DNA of 32,000 nucleotides from Mycolicibacterium smegmatis (GCF_001457595.1 NZ_LN831039.1:1320001-1352000), one strand, 5' to 3'. Counted from the first letter of the stretch, positions 9,428 to 19,072 are shown. Notes: generated by a model from the letters alone, not told the origin. Translations and numbers: made by a program.

Positions 9428-10835
9428 CCGTCGGGTAAGGAAGGTCGCTGCTTGCGTGGGGGTCGACCTTGACCGGACGCCCGATGTAGGGAAACGCGCG
9501 CTGAGGGCATGCGGGACGTTCGCAGACTTTGCATCCGGCGCCGATCGGGACAGCGGCGGCTTCGTCGGCGAGATCGATACCCGCCGAATAGATCAGCCGG
9601 TGAGCGTGGGCGAGGTCGCAACCAAGACCGATCGCAAAGCTCTTGGTCGGCCCGAGATAACTGCTCTGACTGGGTGCGGTGGTCCTGGCGATCCAGAAGT
9701 AGGACCGCCCGTCGGGCATCTGGGCGACCTGGGTGACGAACTGCCCCGGTTGGGCGAATGCCTGGTGCACAACCCACAGCGGGCAGTTTCCACCGACGCG
9801 CGAGAAGTGAAAAGCGGTCGCGGACTGCCGTTTCGAGATGTTTCCGGCGTTGTCGGTGCGGACGAAGATGAACGGAACCCCGCGGGCGTCGGGACGCTGC
9901 AGCGTCGACAGGCGATGGCACACGGTCTCGAAGCCGACCTCGAAGCGACGGGCCAGCCGGTCGATGTCATAGCGCAACTCCTCGGCCGCCGCCAGGAACA
10001 TCCGGTACGGCAGCAGCAGCGCGCCCGCGTAGTAGTTCGCGAGTCCGATGCGCGCCACTTCCCGTGCCTCGGTGCTGAGGTCGTCGGCATCGGCGACCAG
10101 CTCGGCGATCAATTCGGCCTGGGTCAGTAGCGCGTACTGAGTGGCAATCTGGAAGGCCCGTTGACCGGGATGTAGCCAGCGGGCGACGTACAGTGTCGCA
10201 TGGTCGGGTCGGTAGATGCGTTTGCCGTTGGCGCTTAGCACTTGTCCGTCGTCGATGACGACATTGATGCCCAACTCGTCGGACAACAGCTCGGCCAGCT
10301 GAGCGTCGAGCCCGCCGATCCGCAGGCCGCGGCGATCGAACACACCCTCCGCCGCCTGGTCGAGTTCAGCGACGTGGTTCTTGCGGTCGTAGAAGAAATC
10401 GCGGACCTCCTCGAACGGCATCGGTTGCTGCAACGGCACCGGCGCGTCCGCGCTGGCGCGGGTGTGCATCGCCTCGAGTTCGGTGGTCGCGTCGAACAAT
10501 CGGCGGTGCAGTGTCACCAACGTCTGCCCGACGGCGGGCATCCGGGCGACGAGTTCCTCGATCTGCGCTTGGGTGGCCGCGCTGTCGACCAGGATGTCGC
10601 GAAGGTCGGAGACCAGCCGGGCATCCGAGTCCGGGGTGAAGTAGTGGGTCGGCAGGTCGAAGCGCTCCGACAGCGACAACAGGACCGGCACCGTAACCGG
10701 ACGCTGGTCGTTCTCCAACTGGTTGATGTAGCTCGTCGACAGCCCGAGGGCACGCGCCAGCGCGACCTGAGTCAGGCCGTGCTCTTCCCGCAACCTGCGT
10801 AGGCGAGGGCCTATGAACGTCTTCGCCACACACAC
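9411..10835 (-). CDS. prpR: XRE-type regulator with IrrE/ImmA-like middle domain and short-chain acyl-CoA sensor C-terminus (PrpR/RamB family)
   Basis: MAKTFIGPRLRRLREEHGLTQVALARALGLSTSYINQLENDQRPVT HTH; CxxCxRPxCPQRAFP C-terminal cysteine block (GCKVCERPACPQRAFPYIG); divergent from prpD. GTG starts possible at 10835 or 10829. Confidence 0.9.
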   Translation of the reverse strand: MCVAKTFIGPRLRRLREEHGLTQVALARALGLSTSYINQLENDQRPVTVPVLLSLSERFDLPTHYFTPDSDARLVSDLRDILVDSAATQAQIEELVARMPAVGQTLVTLHRRLFDATTELEAMHTRASADAPVPLQQPMPFEEVRDFFYDRKNHVAELDQAAEGVFDRRGLRIGGLDAQLAELLSDELGINVVIDDGQVLSANGKRIYRPDHATLYVARWLHPGQRAFQIATQYALLTQAELIAELVADADDLSTEAREVARIGLANYYAGALLLPYRMFLAAAEELRYDIDRLARRFEVGFETVCHRLSTLQRPDARGVPFIFVRTDNAGNISKRQSATAFHFSRVGGNCPLWVVHQAFAQPGQFVTQVAQMPDGRSYFWIARTTAPSQSSYLGPTKSFAIGLGCDLAHAHRLIYSAGIDLADEAAAVPIGAGCKVCERPACPQRAFPYIGRPVKVDPHASSDLPYPTVNDPR

Positions 10836-10861
10836 AGCCTAACCGCGATTCTTACACAGGA

Positions 10862-10869
10862 TTTGCAAA
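10862..10869. promoter_or_regulatory. TTTGCAAA palindrome, candidate PrpR/RamB-type binding site in the prpR-prpD intergenic region
   Basis: Exact TTTGCAAA 8-bp palindrome located between the divergent prpR and prpD start codons; resembles the published RamB-type core motif. Confidence 0.45.
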
Positions 10870-10946
10870 GGCTGGCCCACCAGGACACAAAACTACGCAT
10901 ATACAGGCTCTTTACGTGCCATTAGGGGCTGCGTAGCGTGCGGATC

Positions 10947-12452
10947 ATGCGTATTCACGACGTCCGCACCCGGCGCAGCGCCGAGGACTTCCCCCGCTCC
11001 GAACATCTCGCGTGGAAGATCGCGCAGGTCGCCGCCGACCCGGTCGCGGTCGACGCCGATGTCGAGGAGATGGTGCTCAACCGGATCATCGACAACGCTG
11101 CGGTGTCGGCGGCCTCGGTCACCCGTCGGCCCGTGGCGGTGGCCCGGGCGCAGGCGCAGGCACATCGCGCCAACGCAGGCGCGACCGTCTTCGGCATCGA
11201 CGGTGGATACTCCCCGGAGTGGGCCGCCTGGGCCAATGGTGTCGCCGTCCGCGAACTCGACTTCCACGACACGTTCCTGGCCGCGGACTACTCGCACCCG
11301 GGCGACAACATCCCCCCGCTGGTCGCCGTCGCCCAGCATCTCGGCGTGCGTGGCGCCGACCTGATCCGCGGCCTGGCTACGGCGTACGAGATCCAGATCG
11401 ACCTGGTCAAGGGCATCTGCCTGCACCAGCACAAAATCGACCATGTCGCCCACCTGGGCCCGTCGGTCGCCGCTGGACTCGGCACCATGCTGCGGCTGGA
11501 CCCCGAAACGATCTATGCCGCGATCGGGCAGGCTCTGCACCTGACGACGGCCACCCGGCAGTCCCGCAAGGGCCTGATCTCGAGCTGGAAGGCCTACGCG
11601 CCCGCCCACGCGGGCAAGGTCGCCATCGAGGCCGTCGACCGCGCGATGCGCGGCGAGGGATCGCCGGCACCGATCTGGGAGGGCGAGGACGGAGTCATCG
11701 CCTGGATGCTCGCCGGCCCCGAGCACACCTACCAGGTTCCGCTGCCCGAGCCGGGTGAATCCAAGCGCGCGATCCTGGACAGCTACACCAAGGAGCATTC
11801 CGCGGAGTACCAGAGTCAGGCCCCGATCGACCTGGCTCGCAGAATGCGCGAACGGATCGGTGATCTCGACCAGATCGCCTCGATTGTGCTGCACACCAGC
11901 CACCACACCCACGTGGTGATCGGAACAGGCAGCAACGACCCGCAGAAGTTCGATCCCGACGCGTCCCGCGAGACCCTGGACCACTCGGTGATGTACATCT
12001 TTGCCGTCGCGCTGCAGGACGGCGTCTGGCACCACGAAACGTCGTATTCGCCGGAGCGGGCGCACCGACCGGCCACCATCGAACTGTGGCGCAAGATCTC
12101 CACTGTCGAGGATCCGGAGTGGACGCGCCGCTATCACGCCACCGACCCGGCCGAGAAGGCGTTCGGCGCGCGTGTCGAGATCACGCTCAAGAGTGGTGAG
12201 GTCATCACCGACGAGCTCGCGGTCGCCGACGCCCACCCGCTCGGGGCGCGCCCATTCGCGCGTGAGCAGTACCGCAACAAGTTCGTCACCCTGGCCGACG
12301 GCGTCGTCGATCCCGCGGAACAGCAGCGCTTCCTGGCCGCCGTCGACGAACTCGCCTCGCTGAAGCCGGGGGGCCTGGGCGTGCTCAACGTCCGGGTCGA
12401 CAAGACGGTGTTGGACAAGTCGCCGACGATCCCCTCGGGGATTTTCCAATGA
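10947..12452 (+). CDS. prpD: 2-methylcitrate dehydratase
   Basis: [32 protein letters not shown]...[28 protein letters not shown]...[20 protein letters not shown]; MmgE/PrpD family. Upstream GTG at 10938 also possible. Confidence 0.96.
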   Translation: MRIHDVRTRRSAEDFPRSEHLAWKIAQVAADPVAVDADVEEMVLNRIIDNAAVSAASVTRRPVAVARAQAQAHRANAGATVFGIDGGYSPEWAAWANGVAVRELDFHDTFLAADYSHPGDNIPPLVAVAQHLGVRGADLIRGLATAYEIQIDLVKGICLHQHKIDHVAHLGPSVAAGLGTMLRLDPETIYAAIGQALHLTTATRQSRKGLISSWKAYAPAHAGKVAIEAVDRAMRGEGSPAPIWEGEDGVIAWMLAGPEHTYQVPLPEPGESKRAILDSYTKEHSAEYQSQAPIDLARRMRERIGDLDQIASIVLHTSHHTHVVIGTGSNDPQKFDPDASRETLDHSVMYIFAVALQDGVWHHETSYSPERAHRPATIELWRKISTVEDPEWTRRYHATDPAEKAFGARVEITLKSGEVITDELAVADAHPLGARPFAREQYRNKFVTLADGVVDPAEQQRFLAAVDELASLKPGGLGVLNVRVDKTVLDKSPTIPSGIFQ

Positions 12453-13366
12453 GCGGGCTGATGGGTTCCACCGTTTCGGCGGCCCAGAAGCGCAAGGCAT
12501 TCCGGGACGCCCTGGACTCCGGCCGGCTGCAGCGGATGCCGGGAGCGTTCTCGCCGCTGGTGGCCAAGAGCCTTACCGACATCGGGTTCGACGGAATCTA
12601 CGTCTCGGGTGCGGTGCTGTCGGCCGACCTCGGATTGCCCGACATCGGGTTGACGACCCTGACCGAGGTGGTCACCCGAAGCGCTCAGATCGCCTCGGCC
12701 ACCGACCTGTTTACCCTCGTCGACGCCGACACCGGCTTCGGCGAGCCGATGAGCGCTGCCCGGACCGTCACCCTACTCGAAGACGCGGGCTTGGCCGGCT
12801 GCCACCTCGAGGACCAGGTCAACCCCAAACGGTGCGGACATCTCGACGGCAAAGCCGTGGTACCGGCCGAGGACATGGTCAAACGGCTGCGTGCCGCGGT
12901 GGCTGCTCGCCGGGATCCGAACTTCATCATCTGTGCGCGCACCGACGCCGCCGGCATCGAGGGCATCGACGCAGCGATCGAAAGGGCCAAGACATATGCC
13001 GACGCCGGCGCGGACCTGATCTTCACCGAGGCGCTGTCCACCCCGGAGGAATTCGCCGCCTTCCGCGCCGCGGTCGACACCCCGCTGCTGGCCAATATGA
13101 CCGAGTTCGGCAAGTCCGAGCTGGTCAATGCCCGCGAGCTGGCCGACATCGGCTACAACGTCGTCATCTATCCCGTCACCACGCTGCGGCTGGCCATGCA
13201 CGCCGTAGAGATCGGTATGCGCGAAGTCTTCGACGCTGGAACGCAATCCGGCCTACTGGGCAGCATGCAGCACCGCAGCAGGCTCTACGAACTGCTGCGC
13301 TACGCCGACTACAACCAGTTCGACTCCGACATCTACAACTTCGCCGTGCAGGAGGTGAGAGCATGA
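12449..13366 (+). CDS. prpB: methylisocitrate lyase
   Basis: [57 protein letters not shown]...DADTGFGEP...[16 protein letters not shown]; ATGA overlap with prpD. Confidence 0.97.
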   Translation: MSGLMGSTVSAAQKRKAFRDALDSGRLQRMPGAFSPLVAKSLTDIGFDGIYVSGAVLSADLGLPDIGLTTLTEVVTRSAQIASATDLFTLVDADTGFGEPMSAARTVTLLEDAGLAGCHLEDQVNPKRCGHLDGKAVVPAEDMVKRLRAAVAARRDPNFIICARTDAAGIEGIDAAIERAKTYADAGADLIFTEALSTPEEFAAFRAAVDTPLLANMTEFGKSELVNARELADIGYNVVIYPVTTLRLAMHAVEIGMREVFDAGTQSGLLGSMQHRSRLYELLRYADYNQFDSDIYNFAVQEVRA

Positions 13367-14493
13367 CCACAGCAACAGAATCCGAAGCTCCGCGCATTCA
13401 CAAGGGACTTGCCGGTGTCGTCGTCGACACCACCGCCATCTCGAAGGTCGTGCCCGAGACCAACAGCCTGACCTACCGGGGCTACCCGGTGCAGGACCTG
13501 GCCGCCCAGTGCAGCTTTGAACAGGTCGCGTATCTGTTGTGGCACGGCGAACTGCCGACCGATCAGCAGCTGGCTTTGTTCAGCCAGCGTGAGCGGGCGT
13601 CGCGGCGGATCGACCGGTCGATGCAGGCGCTGCTGGCGAAGTTGCCCGACAACTGTCATCCCATGGACGTGGTGCGTACGGCGATCAGCTATCTGGGAGC
13701 CGAGGATCCAGAAGAGGACGTCGACACGGCGGAGGCCAACTACGCCAAGTCGCTGCGGATGTTCGCCGTGCTGCCGACGATCGTCGCCACCGACATCCGG
13801 CGTCGTCAGGGATTGACCCCGATCCCTCCGCACAGCCAGCTCGGTTATGCGCAGAACTTCTTGAACATGTGCTTCGGTGAGGTGCCGGAGCCCGTCGTGG
13901 TGCGCGCGTTCGAACAGTCGATGGTGCTCTACGCTGAGCACAGCTTCAACGCCTCCACCTTCGCCGCCCGCGTCGTCACCTCGACCCAGTCAGACATCTA
14001 CAGCGCGGTGACCGCGGCGATCGGCGCTCTCAAGGGTTCGCTGCACGGCGGCGCCAACGAAGCGGTCATGCACGACATGCTCGAAATCGGTTCGGCCGAA
14101 AAGGCTCCGGAGTGGTTGCACGGCAAACTATCCCGCAAGGAGAAGGTCATGGGATTTGGCCACCGGGTCTACAAGAACGGTGATTCCCGGGTGCCGACCA
14201 TGAAGGTTGCTTTGGAGCAGGTTGCCCAGGTGCGTGACGGACAGCGTTGGCTCGACATCTACAACACGCTGGAGAGCGCGATGTTCGCAGCGACGAGGAT
14301 CAAGCCGAACCTCGACTTTCCCACCGGCCCTGCCTATTACCTGATGGACTTCCCGATCGAGAGTTTCACCCCGCTGTTCGTGATGAGCCGGATCACCGGT
14401 TGGACCGCCCACATCATGGAACAGGCTGCCTCCAATGCTCTGATCCGTCCCCTGAGTGAGTACTCGGGCCAGCCGCAGCGGTCCCTTGTCTGA
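13363..14493 (+). CDS. prpC: 2-methylcitrate synthase / citrate synthase family
   Basis: IHKGLAGVVVDTTAISKVVPETNSLTYRGYPVQDLAAQCSFEQVAYLLWHGELPT...LHGGANEAVMHDMLEIG...KVMGFGHRVYKNGDSRVPTMK; ATGA overlap with prpB. Confidence 0.96.
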   Translation: MTTATESEAPRIHKGLAGVVVDTTAISKVVPETNSLTYRGYPVQDLAAQCSFEQVAYLLWHGELPTDQQLALFSQRERASRRIDRSMQALLAKLPDNCHPMDVVRTAISYLGAEDPEEDVDTAEANYAKSLRMFAVLPTIVATDIRRRQGLTPIPPHSQLGYAQNFLNMCFGEVPEPVVVRAFEQSMVLYAEHSFNASTFAARVVTSTQSDIYSAVTAAIGALKGSLHGGANEAVMHDMLEIGSAEKAPEWLHGKLSRKEKVMGFGHRVYKNGDSRVPTMKVALEQVAQVRDGQRWLDIYNTLESAMFAATRIKPNLDFPTGPAYYLMDFPIESFTPLFVMSRITGWTAHIMEQAASNALIRPLSEYSGQPQRSLV

Positions 14494-17400
14494 GCGCGCG
14501 ATCACCAAACTGCTTGTCGCCAATCGCGGCGAGATCGCCATCCGCGCGTTTCGGGCCGCCTACGAGCTCGGAATCTCGACGGTCGCGGTGTTTGCCTACG
14601 AGGACCGCAATTCGCCGCACCGTCTCAAAGCGGACGAGGCATACCAGATCGGCGAAACAGGTCATCCGGTCCGCGCATACCTGTCTGTCGATGAGATAAT
14701 CCGGGTAGCAAAGCATTCCGGTGCTGACGCAATCTATCCGGGGTACGGATTCCTCTCGGAGAATCCTGAACTGGCTGCGGCGTGTCACCAGGCCGGCATC
14801 GTGTTCGTCGGGCCGCGTGCACACGTTCTCGAGCTGACGGGAAACAAGTTCAAGGCGATCACCGCGGCGCGGGAGGCCGGCTTGCCGGTACTGGCGTCAT
14901 CGGCGCCGTCGGCGAACGTCGCCGAACTGGTTTCTGCCGCCGAGGCGATGGACTTCCCGCTCTTCGTCAAGGCAGTCTCCGGCGGCGGCGGTAGGGGAAT
15001 GCGGCGCGTGACCGAGCCGGCCGCGCTGGCCGAGTCGATCGAGGCGGCCAGCCGCGAAGCGGAGTCGGCATTCGGTGATCCGATGGTCTATCTCGAGCAG
15101 GCCGTCCTCAACCCACGCCACATCGAGGTGCAGGTCCTGGCCGACCGCACCGGCGAGATCATCCACCTCTTCGAACGTGACTGCAGCATGCAACGCCGGC
15201 ATCAAAAGGTCATCGAGCTCGCGCCGGCGCCGAACCTGAGCGACACACAGCGCCAACGGATCTGTGCCGATGCCGTCGCCTTCGCCCGGCAGATCGACTA
15301 CTTCTGCGCCGGCACCGTGGAGTTCCTTCTCGACGAGCGCGGTCATCATGTGTTCATCGAGTGCAATCCGCGTATCCAGGTCGAGCACACCGTCACCGAG
15401 GAGATCACCGACGTCGACCTGGTGGCGAGTCAGCTGCGGCTGGCGTCCGGAGAAACGCTCGGCGATCTCGGTCTGAGCCAGGACGCCGTCCGTATCCGCG
15501 GCACGGCGATGCAGTGCCGCATCACGACGGAGGACCCTGCCAACGGCTTCCGTCCGGACACCGGCAGGGTCACGGCCTACCGGTCGCCAGGCGGCGCTGG
15601 TGTTCGGCTCGACGGCGGTACCCACACCGGCGCCGAGATCAGCGCACACTTCGACTCGATGTTGGTGAAATTGACTTGTCGTGGACAGGATTTCACCGGA
15701 TCGGCAGCGCGGGCACGCAGGGCGCTGGCTGAGTTCCGGATCCGCGGCGTCGCGACCAACATTGGCTTCCTGCTCGCGGTCCTCGATGATCCCGACTTCC
15801 GGGCCGGCCGGGTCACCACGTCATTCATCGACGAGCGCCCGCACCTACTGGCCGCACACACCCCCGCGGATCGCGGTTCTCGCATCCTGAACTACCTGGC
15901 CGACGTCACGGTCAACAAGCCCCACGGCGAGCGCCCGTCGGCGGTGTACCCGCATGACAAGCTCCCCGCCATCGACCTGTCGGAGCCGCCGCCGCCGGGC
16001 ACCCGCCAGCGCTTGGAAAGCTTGGGCCCGCAGGGATTTTCGGATTGGTTGAGGGACAGCCCCGCAGTCGGCGTCACCGACACTACCTTCCGCGATGCAC
16101 ACCAATCCCTGCTGGCGACGCGGGTTCGCACCTCGGGGTTGGTGACAGTAGCCCCATACATCGCCCGCATGATGCCGGAGCTGCTGTCGATCGAATGTTG
16201 GGGCGGAGCGACGTACGACGTTGCCCTGCGCTTCCTGAAGGAGGACCCGTGGGAGCGGTTGGCCGTGCTGCGTGAGGCGGCGCCGAACATCTGCCTGCAG
16301 ATGCTGCTTCGTGGACGCAATACCGTGGGTTACACGCCGTACCCCGAATCGGTCACCGATGCGTTCGTGGCGGAGGCCACGGCAACGGGTATCGACATCT
16401 TCCGGATCTTCGATGCGCTCAACAACGTCGAGTCGATGCGACCGGCGATCGACGCCGTGCGCGCCACGGGCACCGCGGTCGCCGAGGTCGCTATGTCCTA
16501 CACGTCCGACTTGTCCGACCCGGCAGAGAACCTTTACACGCTCGACTACTACCTGAAGCTGGCCGAACAGATCGTCGAGGCCGGAGCTCATGTCCTGGCG
16601 ATCAAGGACATGGCCGGGCTGCTGCGTCCGCCGGCGGCGGCAACATTGGTCTCCGCGCTGCGGAGTCGCTTCGACCTGCCGGTGCATGTCCACACCCACG
16701 ACACCCCCGGAGGCCAGTTGGCCACCTATCTGGCGGCGTGGCAGGCAGGCGCGAGCGCGGTCGACGGTGCCGCGGCGCCGTTGGCGGGGACCACCAGTCA
16801 GCCGGCGCTCAGCTCGATCGTGGCGGCCACCGCGCACACCGAGTACGACACCGGGCTGCCGCTGCAGGCGGTGTGCGATCTGGAGCCGTACTGGGAGGCG
16901 CTGCGAAAGGTATACGCGCCCTTCGAGAGTGGGCTGCCCGCGCCGACGGGTCGGGTGTACCACCACGAGATTCCAGGCGGGCAGCTGTCGAATCTTCGGC
17001 AGCAGGCGATCGCGCTCGGACTGGGCGACCGCTTCGAGGAGATCGAGGCCAGCTACGCCGCCGCGGACCGGGTGCTGGGCAGACTGGTGAAGGTGACCCC
17101 GTCGAGCAAGGTCGTCGGCGACCTGGCGCTGGCCCTCGTCGGCGCCGGCGTGAGCGCCGAGGAGTTAGGGGCCGACCCGGCCCGGTACAACATCCCCGAC
17201 TCGGTGATCGGGTTCCTGCGCGGTGAACTCGGCGACCCGCCGGGCGGCTGGCCGGAACCACTGCGCAGCAAGGCGCTGGCAGGTAGGCCGCCCGCCAAAC
17301 CGCAGGTGGAGCTCGGCGCCGAGGACGAGGCGGTGCTGGCGCAGGCCGGGCCCAAACGTCAGGCCGCGCTGAACCGGTTGCTGTTCCCCAGTCCGACAAA

Positions 17401-17881
17401 GGAATTCGAACAGCACCGCGAGGCCTACGGTGACACCAGCCAGCTCAGTGCCAACCAGTTCTTCTACGGGCTGCGGTCCGGCGAGGAACACCGCGTCCAG
17501 CTGGAGCGCGGTGTCGAGCTGCTGATCGGGCTGGAGGCGATCTCCGAACCCGACGAACGCGGTATGCGCACGGTGATGTGCATCCTCAACGGCCAGCTGC
17601 GCCCGGTGCTGGTGCGCGACCGCAGTATCGCCAGCGACATCCCGGCCGCCGAGAAGGCCGACCGGTCCAACCCCGACCACATCGCCGCACCGTTCGCCGG
17701 CGTGGTCACGGTCAACGTCGAGCCCGGCGACGACGTCACCGCCGGCCAGACCGTCGCGACCATCGAGGCGATGAAAATGGAGGCAGCCATCACCGCACCC
17801 AAGCGCGGGGTCGTCGACCGGCTGGCCGTGTCGGGAACCACCCAGGTGGAAAGCGGGGACCTGTTGTTGGTCATCCGCTGA
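14456..17881 (+). CDS. pyc: pyruvate carboxylase (biotin carboxylase, carboxyltransferase and BCCP domains in one chain)
   Basis: KLLVANRGEIAIRAFRAAYELGISTVAVFAYEDRNSPHRLKADEAYQIG... N-terminus; DTTFRDAHQSLLATRVRT carboxyltransferase motif; VATIEAMKMEAAI biotinyl motif. Start uncertain (GTG 14456 or TTG 14486). Confidence 0.97.
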   Translation: MSTRASRSGPLSERAITKLLVANRGEIAIRAFRAAYELGISTVAVFAYEDRNSPHRLKADEAYQIGETGHPVRAYLSVDEIIRVAKHSGADAIYPGYGFLSENPELAAACHQAGIVFVGPRAHVLELTGNKFKAITAAREAGLPVLASSAPSANVAELVSAAEAMDFPLFVKAVSGGGGRGMRRVTEPAALAESIEAASREAESAFGDPMVYLEQAVLNPRHIEVQVLADRTGEIIHLFERDCSMQRRHQKVIELAPAPNLSDTQRQRICADAVAFARQIDYFCAGTVEFLLDERGHHVFIECNPRIQVEHTVTEEITDVDLVASQLRLASGETLGDLGLSQDAVRIRGTAMQCRITTEDPANGFRPDTGRVTAYRSPGGAGVRLDGGTHTGAEISAHFDSMLVKLTCRGQDFTGSAARARRALAEFRIRGVATNIGFLLAVLDDPDFRAGRVTTSFIDERPHLLAAHTPADRGSRILNYLADVTVNKPHGERPSAVYPHDKLPAIDLSEPPPPGTRQRLESLGPQGFSDWLRDSPAVGVTDTTFRDAHQSLLATRVRTSGLVTVAPYIARMMPELLSIECWGGATYDVALRFLKEDPWERLAVLREAAPNICLQMLLRGRNTVGYTPYPESVTDAFVAEATATGIDIFRIFDALNNVESMRPAIDAVRATGTAVAEVAMSYTSDLSDPAENLYTLDYYLKLAEQIVEAGAHVLAIKDMAGLLRPPAAATLVSALRSRFDLPVHVHTHDTPGGQLATYLAAWQAGASAVDGAAAPLAGTTSQPALSSIVAATAHTEYDTGLPLQAVCDLEPYWEALRKVYAPFESGLPAPTGRVYHHEIPGGQLSNLRQQAIALGLGDRFEEIEASYAAADRVLGRLVKVTPSSKVVGDLALALVGAGVSAEELGADPARYNIPDSVIGFLRGELGDPPGGWPEPLRSKALAGRPPAKPQVELGAEDEAVLAQAGPKRQAALNRLLFPSPTKEFEQHREAYGDTSQLSANQFFYGLRSGEEHRVQLERGVELLIGLEAISEPDERGMRTVMCILNGQLRPVLVRDRSIASDIPAAEKADRSNPDHIAAPFAGVVTVNVEPGDDVTAGQTVATIEAMKMEAAITAPKRGVVDRLAVSGTTQVESGDLLLVIR

Positions 17882-17884
17882 GGT

Positions 17885-18775
17885 TCAGCGGTCCGGTGCC
17901 CAGTAGTCGAGCATCGCGGCGAAGGTCTCGAACGCCGGAGCGGAGACCCCGTAGGGGGCCTCGAAATGCAGGCTGACTGGAAAACCGAGATCGATTACGC
18001 CGTCGATCACGCGCTTGTAGAGGTCCAGCATCTGGGCGCGCTTCTGCGCGGGCTCGCTCGCAGCCAACCGCCGCACGAACTGTTGTTCAGTCGCGACAGC
18101 CCCGTTGTCGGGGTCCTGGATGAGCCAGTCGATCAGGCCGACTTCGGATTCCATCTTCGGGACGAAACCGAACGACAAAAGGATCTCCGGGCGGTGGTCG
18201 GTGTTGCGCGAGAACTCGGTGAGGAAGTTGACGATCGCGTCGGAGTACAGCAGCTGGGTCATCCCGAAGGTGGCGCCCTCTTTGCACTTGAACCCGAATC
18301 GGCTCAGTTCGTCGTCCCTGGTCGGGATCAGGATCACGCCGCGGTGTTTCACCAGATGGGAAAAGGTCGACAGCGCGTCGGTCGGTGCGACTCCTGCGCC
18401 CTCACCGTCGGTCATGGTGCGCGGAACCCCGACAAACGCGATCCCCTCGAACCCGTGCTGAATCAACGCGGTCAACCGCCGACGCAGCGAGCGCTCACCG
18501 AGAAACGACGTGACCTGGGTGCACAGCCCACGCACGTCCGGAAGTTCGCGCTGGACCAACTCCCAGTAGTCGAGAACGTCGAGCTTTGGTTTCATCTCGA
18601 CGGGACGGCCGTCATCCTCCTCGATCATCCCGGGGATCATGATGTGGCGGATGCGTCCATCGAGACCGGCATCAACTGCCAACTTGCGCACCTTCTGCAA
18701 CTCCGCGAGCGCATGTGCCGTGCCGAGGTCCAGATTCGATGGGACAAGTTCCAGGGCAACAGTATTGAGAGTCAT
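17885..18775 (-). CDS. methylenetetrahydrofolate reductase-like protein of the divergent mycobacterial type
   Basis: MTLNTVALELVPSNLDLGTAHALAELQKVRKLAVDAGLDGRIRHIMIPGMIEEDDGRPVEMKPKLDVLDYW...FGFKCKEGATFGMTQLLYSDAIVNFLTEF; last block resembles the MTHFR GAdF.iTQLfyD motif. Confidence 0.75.
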   Translation of the reverse strand: MTLNTVALELVPSNLDLGTAHALAELQKVRKLAVDAGLDGRIRHIMIPGMIEEDDGRPVEMKPKLDVLDYWELVQRELPDVRGLCTQVTSFLGERSLRRRLTALIQHGFEGIAFVGVPRTMTDGEGAGVAPTDALSTFSHLVKHRGVILIPTRDDELSRFGFKCKEGATFGMTQLLYSDAIVNFLTEFSRNTDHRPEILLSFGFVPKMESEVGLIDWLIQDPDNGAVATEQQFVRRLAASEPAQKRAQMLDLYKRVIDGVIDLGFPVSLHFEAPYGVSAPAFETFAAMLDYWAPDR

Positions 18776-18891
18776 CAGGCACCCCTGGACTCAGCGGGCG
18801 GCATAGCGGATCCCTGTTCCGCGGTGTCGGCCGCATCAGGGCTATCGGGTGGCACGCTCAAGATGCCGCGTCGCCAGACGCACAGGCACAT
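18775..18891 (-). CDS. candidate translationally coupled leader ORF (38 aa, MCLCVWRRGILSVPPDSPDAADTAEQGSAMPPAESRGA)
   Basis: Stop TGA (18777-18775) shares a base with the ATG of the MTHFR gene (TGATGA arrangement); a further in-frame GTG lies at 18921. Sits between the riboswitch and the MTHFR gene. Confidence 0.35.
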   Translation of the reverse strand: MCLCVWRRGILSVPPDSPDAADTAEQGSAMPPAESRGA

Positions 18892-18944
18892 CACTGCATC
18901 GACTCCATCCGGGATGTCCACGTCCCAGCAAGAGGGCCAATGAG

Positions 18945-19072
18945 AGCAGTATCCTGACTTCTGGATCAGTGCTCACCCCGACCTTCCAGCCGTCAAGCCG
19001 TGGTCGATGTGGGGTTCGCTCCCCAGTCACAGTGGCGGGACCATGCCGGATTCACACCGGCTTCCTACCTAC
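18945..19072 (-). promoter_or_regulatory. second cobalamin riboswitch-like aptamer, upstream of the MTHFR-like gene
   Basis: Minus strand reads GTAGGAAGCCGGTGTGAATCCGGCATGGTCCCGCCACTGTGACTGGGGAGCGAACCCCACATCGACCACGGCTTGACGGCTGGAAGGTCGGGGTGAGCACTGATCCAGAAGTCAGGATACTGC: GGAAGCCGGTGxGAATCCGGCxxGGxCCCGCCACTGT, GGGGAGC, and CxAGAAGTCAGGATAC are the conserved cobalamin aptamer blocks in correct order and spacing. Confidence 0.9.

Noticed and set aside
10893-12500. 535-aa minus-strand ORF opposite prpD
   Set aside because: Gly/Val/Arg-rich mirror frame of prpD; no recognisable domain, and the + strand product is unambiguous.
12832-13362. N-terminal extension of the prpC reading frame inside prpB
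   Set aside because: The extension is an out-of-frame Arg-rich translation of prpB; the real start is the ATGA overlap at 13363.
15845-16966. 373-aa minus-strand ORF opposite pyc
   Set aside because: Antisense of the pyruvate carboxylase coding region; composition typical of a shadow frame.
17881-17885. Possible terminator between convergent pyc and the MTHFR gene
   Set aside because: Only 3 bp separate the stop codons and no stem-loop/T-tract was seen; termination signals must lie inside the coding ends if present.
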